From positions 3,286,001-3,350,000 of the forward strand of contig OZ249437.1 of assembly GCA_965235115.1 (NCBI GenBank): 64,000 bases of DNA, in the 5' to 3' direction. This DNA comes from Laetmonice hystrix (Eukaryota). Numbering within the stretch: position 1 is the stretch's first letter; the number at the start of each line of letters is the position of its first letter. Below, piece by piece: positions 61,573 to 64,000 of this stretch. Under the pieces are notes generated by a model. The model made no database searches. It was not told the origin of the DNA and saw only the letters and a program-made list of their open reading frames with translations. A program made the position numbers and the translations under genes.

Positions 61573-63762
61573 ATGATGAAGTACGACGACCTCTTGAAGC
61601 AGCATGTCGGGGAGTTTGGGAGGTATCACTGGTTCGCCCTCTTCGTTCTAACCCTGAAATCCTACCCCGACGCCGCTCACATATTTCTGTCTATTTTCAT
61701 CGCCATGACACCGCCCCACTGGTGTGCGGGTCCCGTCGATTCGATCCAGAATTGTTCGCTGGAGGAACGCATGAAGTTCGCCATACCAATGACGTGTACA
61801 GACAATGGAGTATGTTTATACGATTCTTGTAACATGTACGAACGGAATTACACTCATCGCATCTTGAATGAAACCCTGGAACATCAACCGTGGAACACGT
61901 CAATACCCATCTACAACAGAGTTGTATCGGGGGGCGGGGGCGGTGTTGGGGGAAGTGATATTACCCTGGCGGGAACTACCCCTTTCTCGGACTCTTGCCC
62001 CTTGTCAAACGCGACAAACTCCAACATGAGCACAGTCAAGTGTACGTCATGGAACTTTGGTAGTGATTCCGTGTATGGAGACAACGCTGTGACTGAGGTA
62101 AGAAATCCTTCATCTTCACAAGTGACACTAACTAAGTTGTACTAAGACAGTTACCAAGTTACGCTGTACTAAATCAGAGTTGCCAAGTTATGCTGCAGTA
62201 AAACAGTTGCCAAGTTTGGCTGTACTAAGACAGTTGCCAAGTTACGCTGTACTAAAACAGTTGCCAAGTTACGCTCTACTAAATCAGAGTTGCCAAGTTA
62301 CGCTGTACTAAATCAGAGTTACCAAGTAACGCTGTATTAAATCAGAGTTGCCAAGTTACACTGTACTAAAGCAGTAGCTAAGTTACGCTGTACTAAAACA
62401 GTTGCCAAGTTACGTTGTACTAAATTAGAGTTGCCAAGTTACGCTGCAGCAAAACACTTGCGAAGTTACGCTGCACAAAAACAGTTGCGAAGTTACGTTG
62501 TACTGAAACAGTTGCCAAGTTACACTGTACTAAAACAGTTGCCAAGTTACGCTGTACTAAAACAGTTACCAAGTTACGCTGTACTAAAACAGTTGGCAAG
62601 TTACGCTGCACTAAAACAGTTGCGCATGTTATGTGATCAAATGCGGATATCATATTTGTTTCCCTGTTAATCTTTGTTTAAAGTGGGGTCTGGTGTGTCC
62701 ACGTAAGGGAAAGGCTGCAACAATCGCAGGGATGTACATGATTGGACGACTAGTCGGCAGTCTTACGCTTGGAACGGTGGCCGACATGTCAGTACGACAC
62801 ATACACAGATATTGTTGGTGAATTATCCTATTGACCTGATTAACAATCAGTTATGGGCTACACAGGGCGAGACGGTCTGTTTCCGTCCATGAAATGCTCA
62901 TTAATACACAACCAATCATGTCATGGATGTTTTGCTATACCTATTACACTTTTGTTTGCATACAGTGTAACATGCATGTAGACATTTCTACAGTGATCTG
63001 GGAAAACCTAGCAAGTCCACTTTGCCTCATTGTGAGAAAATTGGGACAAACAAACCATTTCTCCAATTGAGCTGCTGCAAACGCTAGGTTATTCCAGGTC
63101 AAGAACTCTGAAATGCGTGGAGTTCTGATCACTTGTATAGGACTATATGAAAGGGCAAAACCTAGTAAGTCCAAAAATGGGACTAATTCAAATTGGACAA
63201 AAACTCGACTTACTAGGTTTTTCCAGATCAGTCCTCGATATTTGCAATCGTTTCATGCGTACACTTTAGATTCGGACGTCGCCCAGTGATTCTGTGGACG
63301 ACAGTCGCCATCTTCATCCTGTCGGCAGGGGGCGCCTTCGTCCCCAACTACTATGTCTACATCTCAATACGTCTTGTACTGGGAGCAATTGTCCTATGTC
63401 GCACCGCGGCCATTTTCCTGTTGTGTGAGTATTTGGCGCTTGATATTGCATTTGGTGTGGGAAAATTAAGTGTCCACGAACCATATATATGTTCCATGTT
63501 TTTCTGGCCCACTCGATATATCACCATAAACTCTTTCTATCCATCTAGCTATCCATCCATATCGATCCATTCATCCATTTATTCATTCAGGCATGGAGTT
63601 AGTTGGGAGCTCAGCTCGGAGCAAGGCGTCTGGTATATGGCTCATCACTTGGGCCATCGGATACATGATCTTCCCAGTGGTTGCTTACCTGGTCCGGTCG
63701 TGGCGGTACCTACAACTTGTCACAGCAATGCCAGAGATCATCGTCTTCATGGCCGCTTACAT
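61573..63762 (+). CDS. SLC22-family transporter, copy 2, exons 1-4 (continues beyond the window)
   Basis: Exons 61573-62097, 62684-62787, 63270-63424, 63591-63762; protein appears identical to copy 1, with two synonymous changes seen in exon 2. Confidence 0.92.
62130..62620. repeat. 27-29-bp minisatellite in intron 1 of SLC22 copy 2 (85 bp shorter than in copy 1)
   Basis: Same unit as 54670..55245; the offset between copies changes from 7461 to 7376 across it. Confidence 0.93.
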
Positions 63763-64000
63763 GTAAGTATAGTATACTCTTACATGTAAGTATACCTTTC
63801 CCTGACGTAATTACCAGAAAGGCTGCAAGTAGATATAATCTATGCAAACAGACCTTAGATCTATTCACGGTAAGGACAGCATATGATCATGGAGTGAAAC
63901 AACGATGCTGCGCCGTTAACAATTAGAGATTTCGAGATATTTTATCTTTTGTCGTGTAATGGAATAAACCGTGTCAATTAAGTGCTTGATTGTCGTAGCT

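Overview
Repeat-rich animal (probably invertebrate) genomic DNA with spliceosomal introns; the species cannot be determined from the sequence. Best-supported content: (1) a full-length, apparently intact DIRS1-type tyrosine-recombinase retrotransposon on the minus strand (8101..13360) with gag-like ORF1, RT-RNaseH-methyltransferase-like ORF2, tyrosine recombinase ORF3, non-identical inverted terminal repeats (ITRs) and an internal complementary region (ICR); (2) an intronless Tctex-1-domain dynein light chain gene (48077..48517); (3) a tRNA-Gly(GCC) gene (51761..51831); (4) a 10-exon SLC22-family organic cation/anion transporter gene (54112..59698) with a near-identical tandem copy running off the window end; (5) a non-autonomous PIF/Harbinger derivative carrying a MADF exon, several Kolobok-, Harbinger- and Tc1/mariner-type MITEs, and tRNA-derived SINE remnants; (6) about 18 unrelated minisatellite arrays covering roughly a fifth of the window. 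Most long ORFs in the track are minisatellite artefacts. I found no clearly new biological system; the most interesting leads are details of how the DIRS element is expressed and processed, and the SLC22 duplication.
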